DNA of 64,000 nucleotides from a virus: IMG/VR virus record IMGVR_UViG_3300045988_130630; one strand, 5' to 3'. Shown piece by piece: positions 1 to 12,910 of this stretch (position 1 is its first letter; each line of letters starts with the position of its first letter). The notes under the pieces were generated by a model. It saw only the letters and a program-made list of their open reading frames with translations, ran no database searches and was not told where the DNA came from. The position numbers and the translations under genes were made by a program.

Positions 1-255
1 GGAAAGATTCAATATGCGGTTAAAGGTGAAGGCGGATCTCCATAGAAATATGCTACTATAATAAAGTGGTTAAAAATTTTAAAGGATAAATAGTTCTCTC
101 CATAGAGTTTTGCTGATTTTATAAATCGTTTTACTATTGAAGAAAAAGAAAAAAGAATTAGTCAAGTAAAAGAGTTAAGTTAGAAAAGTATTGATGGATT
201 AGTCCGTTATCATGGCGAAAAATTAACTAAAGAATTAGTATTTAATAAAAAATAA
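1..255 (+). CDS. C-terminal fragment of an upstream late-arm (tail-module) protein, product unknown
   Basis: Frame 1 is open from the window start to TAA 253-255 if TAG is sense (4 in-frame TAG). It lies directly upstream of the chaperone-like and tape-measure genes. Confidence 0.4.
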
Positions 256-262
256 TTGAATC

Positions 263-291
263 TTGACTAAATAAAAAATTTTTTGTATAAT
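263..291 (+). promoter_or_regulatory. sigma-70/SigA-type promoter: TTGACT, 17-nt spacer, TATAAT
   Basis: TTGACT at 263-268 and TATAAT at 286-291, with TG immediately upstream of the -10. Followed by AAGGAGG and ATG 319. Confidence 0.5.
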
Positions 292-318
292 ATAATAAAG
301 AGTAAAAGGAGGCTAATT

Positions 319-852
319 ATGGCTAAAATTTCATATAATAAATTAGGAATTACTAAGGATGAACTTAATAAAGTTCAAACTGTTGAATACAATGATTAGA
401 CTATTGAAGTAAAGCAATATCTTCCTATCGCGGAAAAGAGTGAATTGATTACTCGTGTATTGAATAATTCAGTAGATGAAAATACTGGATATTATAATCT
501 TTTAAAGTTAGATATGAATCTTGGCTTAGAGATTGTTTATGCTTATAGCAATATTTCATTTACTGAAAAGCAAAAGGAAGATCCAATGAAGCTTTATGAT
601 ATGCTTAATGCTTCTAAAGTGCTTAATCTTATTATTGGTCTTGTGCCTGATGGAGAATTTTATTATTTAAATAAAACGACTCATGAGATGGCTAATAATA
701 TTGTGACATATCGCAATTCCGCGATGGGTATTATGGAAGCAATTTCCATGGATTATAGCAATTTAGATTTGGATGCGACAGATATTCAAAAGAAGTTAAA
801 TGATCCAGATAATATGGCTTTATTGAAAGATGTGCTTACTAAATTGGGCTAA
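319..852 (+). CDS. putative tail assembly chaperone (177 aa), immediately upstream of the tape measure gene
   Basis: ATG 319 behind AAGGAGG. One in-frame TAG (397-399), TAA stop. The call rests on position relative to the TMP, not on recognised motifs. Confidence 0.4.
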
Positions 853-897
853 TTAAATTAGTTAATAATATTATTTTTTGAAAAATAATAGAGTGAT

Positions 898-940
898 GGG
901 GATAAGAGTATAATTGCTCTTATCCCCGTTTTATTTTTAT
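898..940 (+). terminator. rho-independent terminator between chaperone-like and TMP genes
   Basis: GGGGATAAGAG / CTCTTATCCCC stem with an 8-nt loop, then GTTTTATTTTTAT. Confidence 0.5.
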
Positions 941-974
941 ATAAAGATAAAACTTGGAGAGAAAGGAGATTTCT

Positions 975-3900
975 ATGGCTAAACAATTAAATAGTTATTA
1001 GGTTAATTTACAGTTTACTGCTGATTCTAAATAGGCTCAACAATAGTTGAAAGATTTACAAGAATAGCTTAATAATTTAACAAAAAATGTTAACAGCTAT
1101 GGTAATTTAAGTTTATCGCGAGAAATTCAAAAAGCCTTGCCTTATGTTAGTGAATTACAAGGGATGTTAGTTACTTGTCGAACAGAGGCGGGGACTATTG
1201 ATTTAGGAAAATTTAATCAATCATTAAAAAAAAGTGGAAGAACTATTAGTGAGTATGGAGATTAGCTACAAATTTTAGGTAGAGAAGGCGAATAGGCTTT
1301 CGCTAATTTAGCAAAATCTATTTCTACAGCAGAATTACCTTTAAAAAGAAGTAATGCCTTATTAAAAGAATTTGGAACTACTTTAGCCAATACTGCCCGT
1401 TGGCAAATATCTTCAAGTATTTTACATGGTTTTATGGGAGCAGTATAGTCTGCTTATTATTATGCTTAGGATTTAAATGAATCTTTAAATAATATTCGTA
1501 TTGTTACCGGGCAAAGTGTAGATTAGATGGCAAAATTTGCAGTTTAGGCAAATAAAGCTGCTAAAGAGTTAAGCACTACAACTACTAAATATACTGACGC
1601 AGCTTTAATTTATTATCAGTAGGGTTTAAATGATGAATAGGTAAAAGAGCGCACTGATATTACTATAAAAATGGCAAATGTCGCTCGTGAAAGTGCTGAA
1701 ATTGTTTCAGACCAAATGACTGCCGTTTGGAATAACTTTTATGATGGAAGTTAGTCATTAGAGCATTATGCTGACGCTATGGTGCGTTTAGGTGCGGATA
1801 CTGCATCTAGTTCTGATGAAATTGCCGGCGGTCTGGAAAAATTCGCTGCAGTTGCTAATACAATTGGTTTAAGCTTTGATAATGCAGCTGCCGCATTAGC
1901 TACTATTACTGCTACTACTCGTCAAAGTGAAGATGTTGTAGGTACTGCTTTAAAAACGATTTTTGCTCGTATTCAAGGTTTAAAACTTGGTGAAACTTTA
2001 GAAGATGGTACTACATTAAATCAATATTCACAAGCTCTCGAAAAAGTTGGAATTAATATCAAAAATTCTAATGGTGAATTAAAAGATATGGATAATATCA
2101 TCGAAGAGATGGGTAATAAATGGTAGAGTATTGATAAAGATTAGCAAGTAGCTTTAGCGCAATAGGTAGCGGGTGTTCGTCAATACACTCAATTAATTGC
2201 TTTAATGGATCATTTTGATTATTATAAAGAAAATCTTGCTAAAGCTTAGGATGCTGATGGGTCTCTTCAAGAGCAAGCTAATGTTTATGCAGAATCTTGG
2301 GAGTCTGCCAGAGATAGAGTTACTGCTTCTTTAGAAACTATTTATGACTAGCTATTGGATGATAAAGCTTTTATTCAATTAACTAATATTTTTGCAAAAT
2401 TATTAAATGTTATTAGTTAGTTAATCAAAGCATTAGGAGGACTTCCTGGAGTTTTATCCATTATTGGAACTATTGGATTTAAGGTATTTGGGAATGATAT
2501 TACAAAATCTATTCAACGAATGATGTATAATATTAAAATTTCTTCTAAAAATGGAATAAATGAAATTGTAAAAATGCGTCAAGAAGCTAATAATAAATTA
2601 AGATCTATTATGGCAGATAATGTTGATTAGGGGCCTGATTATTCTACTCGTAGTGATATTTATACTTAGTAGGCTAATTTACAAGATGTTTTAATTTAGA
2701 AACAAAGAGAATTAATTGCTTAGGGAAGTTAGTTGACTGAAGAAGAATAGGCTTAGGCTAAATTTATTATAGATATTAATGAAAAACTTGGAGAACGAGC
2801 AATTAAGAGTGCTCAAGATTTAGAACAATAGCAAAAAATAACTCGTCAATTAGAAAGATAGCTTGAAACGCAAATTAGGATGAAACAAGGGAATGTTTAG
2901 GATTATAGATCTTAGGTAAATTCCACTAGACAGAATTTCGTTTTATCTAGCGTTTTAGATGATTTCCAAAGTGCTACAAGAGATATTGAAAATTTAGATG
3001 AATTAAAAGAAAAACTCCAACAGGTTCGTGATAAAACTTCTTAGTTGGGGATGTCTTTTAATAGTTTAGATAATATTCTTAATGGGACTTATAATACAAC
3101 TGAAGAATTTAGAAATTAGTTAAATAGTTTAATTACTATTACAGAAAATGAAGCTAATTCAGCATTTTCATAGTTACGAAGCACTTTAGAAGGTACTTAG
3201 ATGACTGAAGAATAGATTGAAAATATTATTAATTCACTACAAGATTCATATTCTTCTATGGTTATTGAAATTCTTAATAATGTATAGGCTACTAATAGAG
3301 CCACTGACGCTAATCAAGAATATATTAATACTATAAATTCTTTTAGGGGAGTATTGCCCTCAGCAGAAGCAGGAGTAGCTTCTTTTGCTTAGGGATTAAG
3401 CAGTATTGCTATGGCAATAACTTCTATAAAAGGAATTGTAGATACATGGAATAATGATGAAATTGGTATTGGAGATAAATTACTTTCAACCGTAACTGCT
3501 TTATCTATTGCCTTACCCTTATTAATGAATTCTTTAAATAAGACTTCAATTGCTAATATGGGAATGTTATCTAGTTCTTTAATGACTGCTGTTGGATTAA
3601 ATGGATAGGCCTTAGAACAAGAAGCGTTAAATTTAGTTACTTTAAAAGGAGTAGCAGCTTTTAAATTAGCAATTAAAGTATTTACTAAATCTTTAGGGCC
3701 AATAGCTTTGGTTGGAGCCGCTATTGGTGCTTTAGTGTTTATTATTAAATCTGCTATAGATGAATATAATAAAGCAGATAATAATTTAAAATCTGCTAGT
3801 GAAACAGTAGAAAAATTAACTGAAAAATACAATGAATTAACTTCATCAATTGAAGAATTTAAAAATAAAGCTAATGATTATACCACAGCCGTTGAAGCTC

Positions 3901-6900
3901 TTAATGGATTAGACAAAAAAACATAGGAATATACAGATTCTTTAGAATCAGCTAATGAGAAAGCTAAAGAACTAATTGAAACTTATAGATTATGGGATAA
4001 GTATGAAATTAAAGATGGTTTAATTGTTTTTGATACAGGGGCTATTGAAGAAGCTCAAAAGAAGATTAGTGATACTGCAAATAATATAAAAGTTCTTTAG
4101 TAGAGTGCTAAAATTGATGTTGAATCTGCTAAAAAAGAAGTTTCTAATACTGATTTAAGTAGAAATATTGGTAAAGTAAAGCGAGAAGGAAATTCTGGCA
4201 CAATTACGAATGGTGAAATTGAATTAATTACTCAATTTGCTATTGAAGCATAGAAAGAAAGTATAAAAACTCATAAGAGTTAGGATGAAATTTTAAGACA
4301 AAAATTAGAAGAAAATACAACGTTTTATTCTGAGAGCATTGATAAAATTATAGAAAGTAGTGATGCTTTCTTTAATTTAGCAGATAGTATTACTGAAGCT
4401 ACTAAAGCTACTGATTATTATAGTAATGAAATATTAAAAAGTAAAAATATTCAAAATAATTCTGGACGAGTTGAAAAGATTACTGATAATACTGTTTTAT
4501 AGGATTATATTTATGCTGCTGAAGCAGGATATTAGCGTCAAATTCTTAAAAATAGTGGTAAAGATTTTACTAATTTAACTTTGCCAGCTCATAATAATAA
4601 TGCTGATTTAAATATAAATAATGATAAAGAATTAGCAAAAGCTTATGCAAGAGAAGTTTTAGGATTAACAGAAGAAGAGTTAGGTCAATATATTTATAGT
4701 GGTGGGACTGGAAAAGGAACTTTAAAGAATATAAACGGAACTGTCCTTTTTGAAGACGAAAATGATTCCTATATGCGAGAATAGATCGCTAGGAAAAGAG
4801 CAACAGATGAAATTTTTAATTCTTTAGAGAATAATGATTCTTATAATTTAGAAGAATTTGATAAATCTATTGAAAACCTTCTTAAGAAAACAGAATTTTT
4901 TGATAAAACATTTGGTGCTAATTTTTCATAGGCAATTCTTGATAGTCTAGCAAATACCGAAAGTGGTTTAGATTTAACTTCTATTTTATCTGAATTATCT
5001 CCTGATTAGGTTGAAGAATTAAAACAACTTGGATCAGATGGATTTGCAGAAGCTTTAGGATTAACTAAAGAACAAATGGAATCTTTAGGATTAAATGATG
5101 GAGAAGCTTGGCTAGAAGGGTTCGAAAATAGTTTAAATAATTATAATCCTGATAATTATAATTAGAGAATTGTTGACGCTGCCAAAACGGGCGAAAAAAA
5201 TGCTTTTAATTTAATTAGTGGATTATAGAGTGGAGATGTTACTCAAGAAAATATTTCTTCTAATGAAGATTATTCTAACTTGATATAGCAATTAGAAATA
5301 ATAAAAAAACAATATCCTGAATTAGAATCTGCGGCTTTAGAATTATCTCATACTTGGAATGCTGGTAGTCAAACTTATTATGAAGCTTTAGAACAAGTCC
5401 AAGATAAAATGGCTGAAATCAAATTAAATGATTTAAATAAAGATTCAGATAAACTTCTTAAAGAACTTCAACAAAATTTATAGATCATAAATAAAAAAGG
5501 AGTAAATGTTACTGTAGAGGCTGATCTTAGTAAATTTAAAGATTCTATGGATGAATTAGCAGATTAGCAATATAGCATAAATGTTGAAGTTCATGGCCAA
5601 GCAGAACAAGAATTTAATAGTATTACGAATGCCATTAAAGATATGAATACTTAGGCTTCTAAAATTGGTCCTAATTATACTGTTGCTGCTGATGACATTC
5701 GAGAACTAAATAATGTTTTTCCTGGTATTATTGAAGGAATGACAATAGCTAAAGATGGATCAGCTAAATTAAAAGAAAGTGTTGTTAAAGATTGCTTTGA
5801 TGCAGCTAAAGCAGAAATTGCTGCTGATGCTGAAGCTACTGTCGAATAGTTAAATAATTAGGCTACTTTATTAGAGGCGAAAGCTGTAAACTATAAAAAT
5901 ATAGCTCATTTGGCAGAAATTCTTGCCACAGCTGAAAATTTAAGTGCTTAGGAATCTGCAGCTATTAGAAGTAGTATCTCTGGCAATTTAGCTGAATTAG
6001 AATCAAAAAATAGTAAAGATACAGCTGACACATAGGCTGATAATCAAGAAATTGTTGCCAATTCTTCAAAAGATAATGCTAAAATTGTAGCGGAAAATTG
6101 GTAGAAAGCTTTTAAATCAGCAGCATAGAATTCTGTAGATTTTGCTAATACTGCTATAAATAATATGAAAAAAGCAGTTAGCGGAAATGGAAAGGGAAAA
6201 CTAGAAGGAAAATTCTAGGTTGATTATAAAGGGTCAACGGGTGTTAGTGCTGAAGCAAAAGTTTTAGAAGATGCATAGAAGACGTTAGATAAAGCATTAG
6301 CAGATGGAGAAAATACTTCCAAAGAAACTTGGGCTAAAATTGCGGCTACTTATAATTCCCTTTATGCTTCTACTATAGCATAGGCAAATGACATCCGCGG
6401 GATGATTGCTTCTGTTGGAGCATCAGTTTTAAAGACTGATAATGCTTTTAAAAATCTTGGAAAAAATGCATCTAATACTGCTAAAGAATTGCAAAAAGTC
6501 GCTGAGCGCTATCATGAAATAACTCGTGAAATTCAATATTATCAAAAACTTTTAGATAAATTGGCGGATAGCAAAGATAAACTTTATGGAAAAGCTAAAA
6601 TTGATAATATAAATCAAGAAATTGAAGCTAATAAAAAATTGATTGATTTATAGTCTTAGTTGTATAATTTAATTTTAGCGAATGTAGCTGTGGATCGGCA
6701 GGAAGTTCAAAAACAGTTCGGCGGATAGGCAATTTTTAATAAGGAAACATTAGAAATCGATAATTATACTGCTTTATATAATAAAGCTACTACTGATAAA
6801 TAGAGAGAAGCTTTAGAGTAGTATGAAGAAACTTTAGATAAATTAAAAGAGCAAGAAAAAGCTTTAATTGATTTAAAGAATACAATTCAAGAATTGCATT

Positions 6901-9278
6901 ACGAAAAATTAACTTATGAAGTTGAAGTAAAAATTAAATTAGATGAAAATGATACTAAGAAATTAGAATATTATTTTGATAAATTAAGTGATAATATCTA
7001 TAAAGCTGCTGAAGCTCTTGGATATTTACAAGGTCAATTTGATCCAGTAATTAGCCAATTAGGAACTTATGAGAATTTCTATGGCCAATTAAACAATGCT
7101 TATTCTAATGGAGAAATTTCTCAAGAAAATTATATCGAAGGCTTACAAGATGTATATGATAATACATTAGATAATTTAAATGCTTTGTAGGATTTAGATA
7201 AAGAAATGCTTGAATATTATGGTAATACTATAGATTTAGCAAATGATGAATTGTCTAAATATACAGATCATATGGAGCATTTGACTAGTGTATTAGATCA
7301 TTATCGTTCTATTATTACTTTGTTAGGTAAAGATAAAGATTATGATAAAGTTTTATCAGTTTTGAATGGAACTGCTTAGACTAAGAAAAATAATTTTGAT
7401 GCTTCTAAACAATGGTATGAAAGTTTGAAGCGTGAACGTGATGCAGCGGCCGCGGCTTTAGCCAGTTCAACTGATAAGGCTGAGCGTGAAGTGCTTCAAA
7501 AGAATTATGATGCTATATTAGCCGCATTCAATGAAGCGGAAGAAGATATGCTTTCTAAAGCTGAAGAATATGGCGAAGCATTAAAAGAAATTCTTACTAC
7601 AAAGATGGAACAAGCTGCGGATGAAATGAATAAGCAATTAAGCACTACTAAAGTAAGTATTAATGGTAATAACTTTAATATTTCTGGTTGGGATGCTTTA
7701 AATGATGCTTTGGATAGAATGTCTTCTTATCAAGATGAATATTTAACAAAAACTAATTAGATTTATGAAATGAATAAACTACTTAATAATGTTAATTAGG
7801 CTATTGATAAGACAAATAATCAAGCAGCTAAAAATAGATATCAGCAATTTACTAAAGAGATTGAATAGTTAAGAGATAAAGATAAATTAAGTCAATTAGA
7901 ATTAGAAATTGCTTAGGCTAAATATAAAGTGCTTGAAGCACAAATCGCATTAGAGGAAGCTCAAAACGCAAAGTCTACAGTTAGATTACAACGTGATAAT
8001 GAGGGTAATTTTGGTTATGTGTATACCGCGGACCAAGAGAAAGTAAATGATGCGCAATAGGCTTTGGCGGACGCGGAAAATGATTTATATAATATTCGTC
8101 TTGATGCGACAAATAAATATGGTCAACAAAAACTTCAATATGAGAAAGAGTTGGCTGAAAAGCTCGCGGAACTTGATTAGAAAGCCGCAGAAGATGCTGT
8201 TTACCGCGAGACCACATATCAGCAAGAACGCGCGTTAGTAATTCAACAATATACTGATTTAATTACTACTGCTGGAAACCTTTATGCGAAAGCGCAAGAA
8301 GAGGACAGTAGAGTTGTTCAAGACGCTTGGGTAAATTCTTTTGATATTATCAAAGATAATAGTAATAGTTGGAAAGATACTATTACTGAAAATACTAATA
8401 TTATCAATGATACATTTAAAGAATGGCAAGACAGTATGGATGAAATTAGTAAAATTGTTGGTGATGATTTAAAAGATACTCAATAGAAAGTTAAAGATGT
8501 TACTGATGAAAGTAATAAACTTTATCAAGAAGTATCTAATAGAGTTATTCCTACTCTTGAAGGTGAGTTAAGTTCCGTTCGTAGTGCTACTGAAGCTTGG
8601 GCACAACATCGTCAGCAATTACTTGATACTATTAGAGCTTATGAAGAGCTTTTAAATGCTATTCAAGCGACATTGCGCTCTCAAAGTGGATTTGGTGTCG
8701 ATAGTGGTGGAGATACTGACTGGGCGGCTATGATGGGCACTGTGGCTTATGGTTCCGCACAATATAATCAATATAAAAGAAATCGCGAAGAAAAAATTGC
8801 TAATGGTGGTAGTATCAATGAAGATACTACGGCCCGAATTGATGCATATTATAAATTGCTAAGTGAAGGAAAAATCTCTGGTAAACTTCCTAATGGTAAA
8901 TATAGTTTTACTTAGCTTACTGATTAGGAATGGAGAGATTTAGTCGGATTTAGAAGTGGTGGTTATACTGGCACTTGGAATGATAGCGGAAAATTAGCGT
9001 TCTTGCATTAGAAAGAATTAGTTCTTAATGCTGATGATACGGAAAATATGTTAGCTTCTATCCAATTAGTTAGATAGATCGCTAAACAATTAGATTTCAA
9101 TAGTCAACAAATCTCTACTCTTTCTTCTTCTGGATTTACTGTTAGTTCTCAAGATGGAACGTTAGAATAGAATGTTAGAATTGAAGCTAGCTTCCCGAAT
9201 GCAACTGATAGATACGAAATTCAAGAAGCATTTAATACATTAGTTAATGTAGCTTCTCAGTATGCAAATAGAAAATAA
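975..9278 (+). CDS. tail tape measure protein (about 2767 aa)
   Basis: One frame is open for 8.3 kb with only TAG interruptions (about 13 in the first 268 codons, on the order of 100 overall). Contains the conserved TMP core ...FAAVANTIGLSFDNAAAALATITATTRQSEDVVGTALKTIFARIQG. The C-terminus ...GGYTGTWNDSGKLAFLHQKELVLNADDTENMLASI is a typical TMP tail. TAA stop at 9276-9278. Confidence 0.85.
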
Positions 9279-9282
9279 AATT

Positions 9283-9319
9283 AAGGGTGAAGTCTTATAG
9301 GCTTCACCCTTTTCTTTTT
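9283..9319 (+). terminator. rho-independent terminator after TMP
   Basis: AAGGGTGAAG / CTTCACCCTT stem followed by TTTCTTTTT. Confidence 0.5.
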
Positions 9320-9392
9320 GGGTAATTATATTGAATAAAACTAATTAATTTTTTAGAAAATTATAGAGTAATGAGTAAAAGGAGGGATTATT

Positions 9393-12300
9393 TTGGCTGA
9401 TAACGCACTAAATATTCAAGAAAGTTTATGTCAAGCAATGAGTATTATTGCTAATTCAAGCGTTGATAAAGTTAAGTTCGATAGCACCATTGAATGTACT
9501 ATTATTGATGCGACTGATAAACTTATTGGTAAGTATAAGGTTAAAAATGAATCTTATGCGGAATTTTATGCTTATTCCCAAATAACCACTTATAATAAAG
9601 GCGATAAAGTGTATGTATAGATTCCAAAAGGAGATTATAATAGCACTAAATTTATTGTCGGTAAAAAAACAGATAAAAATGAAGATAAACCATATAATTT
9701 TGTCAATCCTTTTAATACTTTTATTGATTTAACTGGCAATTTTTTTATTGCCAAAGATAATAATAAAGAAGTTTGGAGCATTTTAGCCAATGGTAATGAA
9801 GAGGAAATTGAAATTACTCCAAGTGGCGGAATTACCTTTATTGATGAGCAATAGGGATTTACGCGGTTGGGGCTGCGCGCCGATTTCCGCGCTTGGCTTG
9901 AAACGCTCGGTGTAGTAAGTGGTAATTATGGATTAAAATTAAATATATATGGTATTAAAGATGATACTGCGGACAATATTAAAAAAATAGAAAACAGTAT
10001 TAAAAATAATGGAGAGATCCCTTTAATTGCATCTATTGATTTAGATACTAATGATATGTATGGCAATCCTTATAATTTTGAAGGATATTATTCTCAAGAA
10101 ATTGTTATTGATACTAGTGCAGTAGCTAAAATATATAATATAAAAATATTTTTATATCAAAAAGATAATTTTAAAGATAGTAATAATAATTTAATTAGTT
10201 ATGCCAATGATTTTAATATGTCAATTCCGCCTAACAATATCTTTGTAAAAGATATATACATGGGACTGGGTATTTCCGCTGATGAAATAGAAAATGAATA
10301 TGTAAGGCTATATTCATTAGATGGAAGCACTTATGTAATTGACGATAAAGGTTAGATTGATTCTAAAACTATTAGATTGAAATGGGTTCATTTTGATGAA
10401 GATGGTAATAGAACTCAAATAACTGAACATAAAAAAGATGATACTTTTGAAGTTCGTTGGTATATGTATGAATTTGGAGCACCGTCCGCGGATGAGTATT
10501 CTGGGGTCTATTGGACGGCGATTAAAGACAATAAAAATAATTTTTATTATTAGCTAAAACCGCGCTCTAATAAAAATCAAGAATAGGTTAAAGTAATTAT
10601 TTTATACAATGGAAAAGTTTATAGAAGTAATATAATTACTTTTAATAATGAAAAACAAGTTCCTAATGATGCGACTATTGATAGTTTAAATGCTTTGTCT
10701 ATTCACTGTGAAGATTAGACTAATGGTAATTATTTAATTTATAATTAGGCTAATTATTTGATAAATAGATCAGATGGAAAAATTAGTCGTAAATTAACCT
10801 TACATTTTGATTCTAAAACTTATGCTATTAGCAATGGTATAATTGGTAAAAATTAGAATGGAGAAAGTAAATTAGTTGAAGCTTAGAGAGTAATTTGGCA
10901 GATTCCTATTAAGAATACTATGCTTAATTTTGGTATTAAAGATGATGGAACTGATGCTACTTACAAAGAAATCATTATTGATTTAACTAATGAAAACGTC
11001 AGTGTTTCTCCTGGAGAATTTTCTTTAAACTACACCATTAATACTTTTTATAGTAGCAATAAATCTAACAATACTGTAATTGCTAAAATAGAAAAGGATG
11101 GTATCGTTTATACTGCTATTAAAGATTTCACTTTTGGATAGGCAGGAACTAATGGTACTGACTGCACTTTGGTGATTGATATGGTGGCTCACGAAAATTT
11201 AAATAATAAAGTATTTACTGCTATAAAAAGCGGTATGAGAGATAATTATACTTTTAGAGCTTAGTTATATGATAATGAAGGTAAAGAAATTACTGATTTT
11301 AAAAATTGTAACTGGACTTGGAGTTTTATGTCTGGATCAACGATTAATAATGTTGATTTATAGAATACTAATAATTAGAATTGCGTGTTAAGAGTTAATA
11401 CCACAAATTCTATAATGAATAATTTAATTATTTTATAGGTAAAGTTATCTGGTTGGGGAGATTACGATTTAACTGCTTATTATCCAGTTCCTATTACGAC
11501 TTTAGATAATGCTTATATAAATGGTCCAACAGAGGTAATTTATTTAAGTAATGGTGAACCTACATTTTCTAAAGAACCTTATAAATTATTTATAGATAGA
11601 AAAATAGATGAAACTGTGACTTGGAGCATTTATTCCAGTAATTCTGATGATGCTTTTATTGGTAAAGTTAATTATAATAAAGATAAAAAAGAATATAGAT
11701 TAAGTCCTATGAGTTTTTACGTTGATGGGGTAAGCGTTTATGGAGTTCAAGGAAAATAGGGAAATAAGATAGTTTGGACGTAGCCTATTTTAGTATTATA
11801 GAATAAATATCCATCTGCTATGGTAAATAGATGGGATGGAAAATTTTATACTGATGTAGAAAATAATTTTTTAGGTGTAGCTTAGATCGCTGCAGGTAAA
11901 AAAGATAAAAATGCTAATACTTTTACCGGAGTATTAATTGGTGATTTTGGAACAAAACAAAATGCAGATTCAAGTATTTCTTATAATACTGGTGTTTATG
12001 GATATAATAATGGATAGCAAGTTTATGCTTTAAAAGATGACGGAACTGCTACTTTTGGTAAATCTAGCACAGGATAGATTATAATTAATGGAACTTCAAG
12101 CATTATAGAATCTAAAGATTTTAAATATACTTATAATAAGTCTGGAGCTAGCGTAATAACAGGGTTAAGTTTAGATTTATTAAATGGTAAAATCTATGCT
12201 TAGTCTGGTACTTTTAGTGATAATATTAAAATTAATTATAATGGTTCTACGGGATAGCCTTGGTATATTTAGTATGGAGCGGGAGAAAAATCATTAAGTG

Positions 12301-12710
12301 ATATATTAAATGCAATTGGTAGCGCTGCTGCTGAAGCTAAAAGTGCCGCTAGCGCTGCGGGAGCTGCTGCTACTAAAGCTCAATAGGCAGCAGATGCTGC
12401 CGCGGATGTAGCGGAAACAGCTGCTTCAATTTCTATAGTAGCTAGCAATGCTGCATCTAATGCATAGAGTGCGGTAGATGATTTAAGTTATTTATCAAAA
12501 ATTTTGAATTATAAAAATAGTAGTAATATTTATTTAGGTCCTTCTGTTGAATATTCTTCTACTCCCAATTTAACTATTTTTAATGGCACAATTGGCTTAA
12601 TGGGAGGAACTGGTAATTATCTTAATGTGACTGATAGGTCTATCTATTTACAAGGCCCCGTTGTAATAAATGGTTCATTGACTCTCAATGGAAAAGAAAT
12701 AACAGGTTAA
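9393..12710 (+). CDS. large tail/baseplate structural protein (about 1105 aa)
   Basis: TTG start after AAAGGAGGG. Same frame joins track ORFs 9393-9620, 9867-10355, 10920-11141 and 12504-12710 through TAG only; TAA stop. Ala-rich coiled segment near the C-terminus. First gene after the TMP. Confidence 0.55.
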
Positions 12711-12732
12711 ATTAAAAAGGAGAAAAAGGAAA

Positions 12733-12909
12733 ATGAAAGAACAAGATATTAATTTTTTAAAAGTTTTATACAATACTCTTTCTTTAGTGTCAACTAAAGG
12801 AGAAGATACTATTCTTATGGGAGAGTGCTTAAAACAATTAAGAGATTTTACAAATAGATTAATAGATCTTCAAGAGGAGAAGAATAACGAAAATAATTAG
12901 GAGGGATAA
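12733..12909 (+). CDS. small hypothetical late protein (58 aa)
   Basis: ATG behind AGGAGAAAAAGG. One in-frame TAG. The TAA stop overlaps the RBS of the next gene. Confidence 0.35.
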
Positions 12910-12910
12910 A

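Noticed and set aside
319-975. Programmed -1 frameshift producing a G/GT-type chaperone fusion upstream of the TMP
   Set aside because: No overlapping extended frame or slippery heptamer follows gene 319-852. A terminator hairpin occupies the gap instead.
3389-3832. 147-aa - strand ORF inside the tape measure gene
   Set aside because: Antisense to a confidently identified TMP frame. Low-complexity product, no RBS. Long antisense ORFs are expected in AT-rich sequence.
5100-5130. tRNA-like GGTTCGAA motif, and a general search of intergenic regions for a suppressor tRNA
   Set aside because: The motif lies inside the TMP coding frame with no acceptor or anticodon stem partners. No intergenic segment in the window has tRNA-like GC-rich stems; the suppressor must be outside this window.
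7981-8238. ORFs 7981-8217 (-) and 8047-8238 (+) inside the TMP
   Set aside because: Not in the TMP frame. The TMP frame is continuous (TAG only) across this region.
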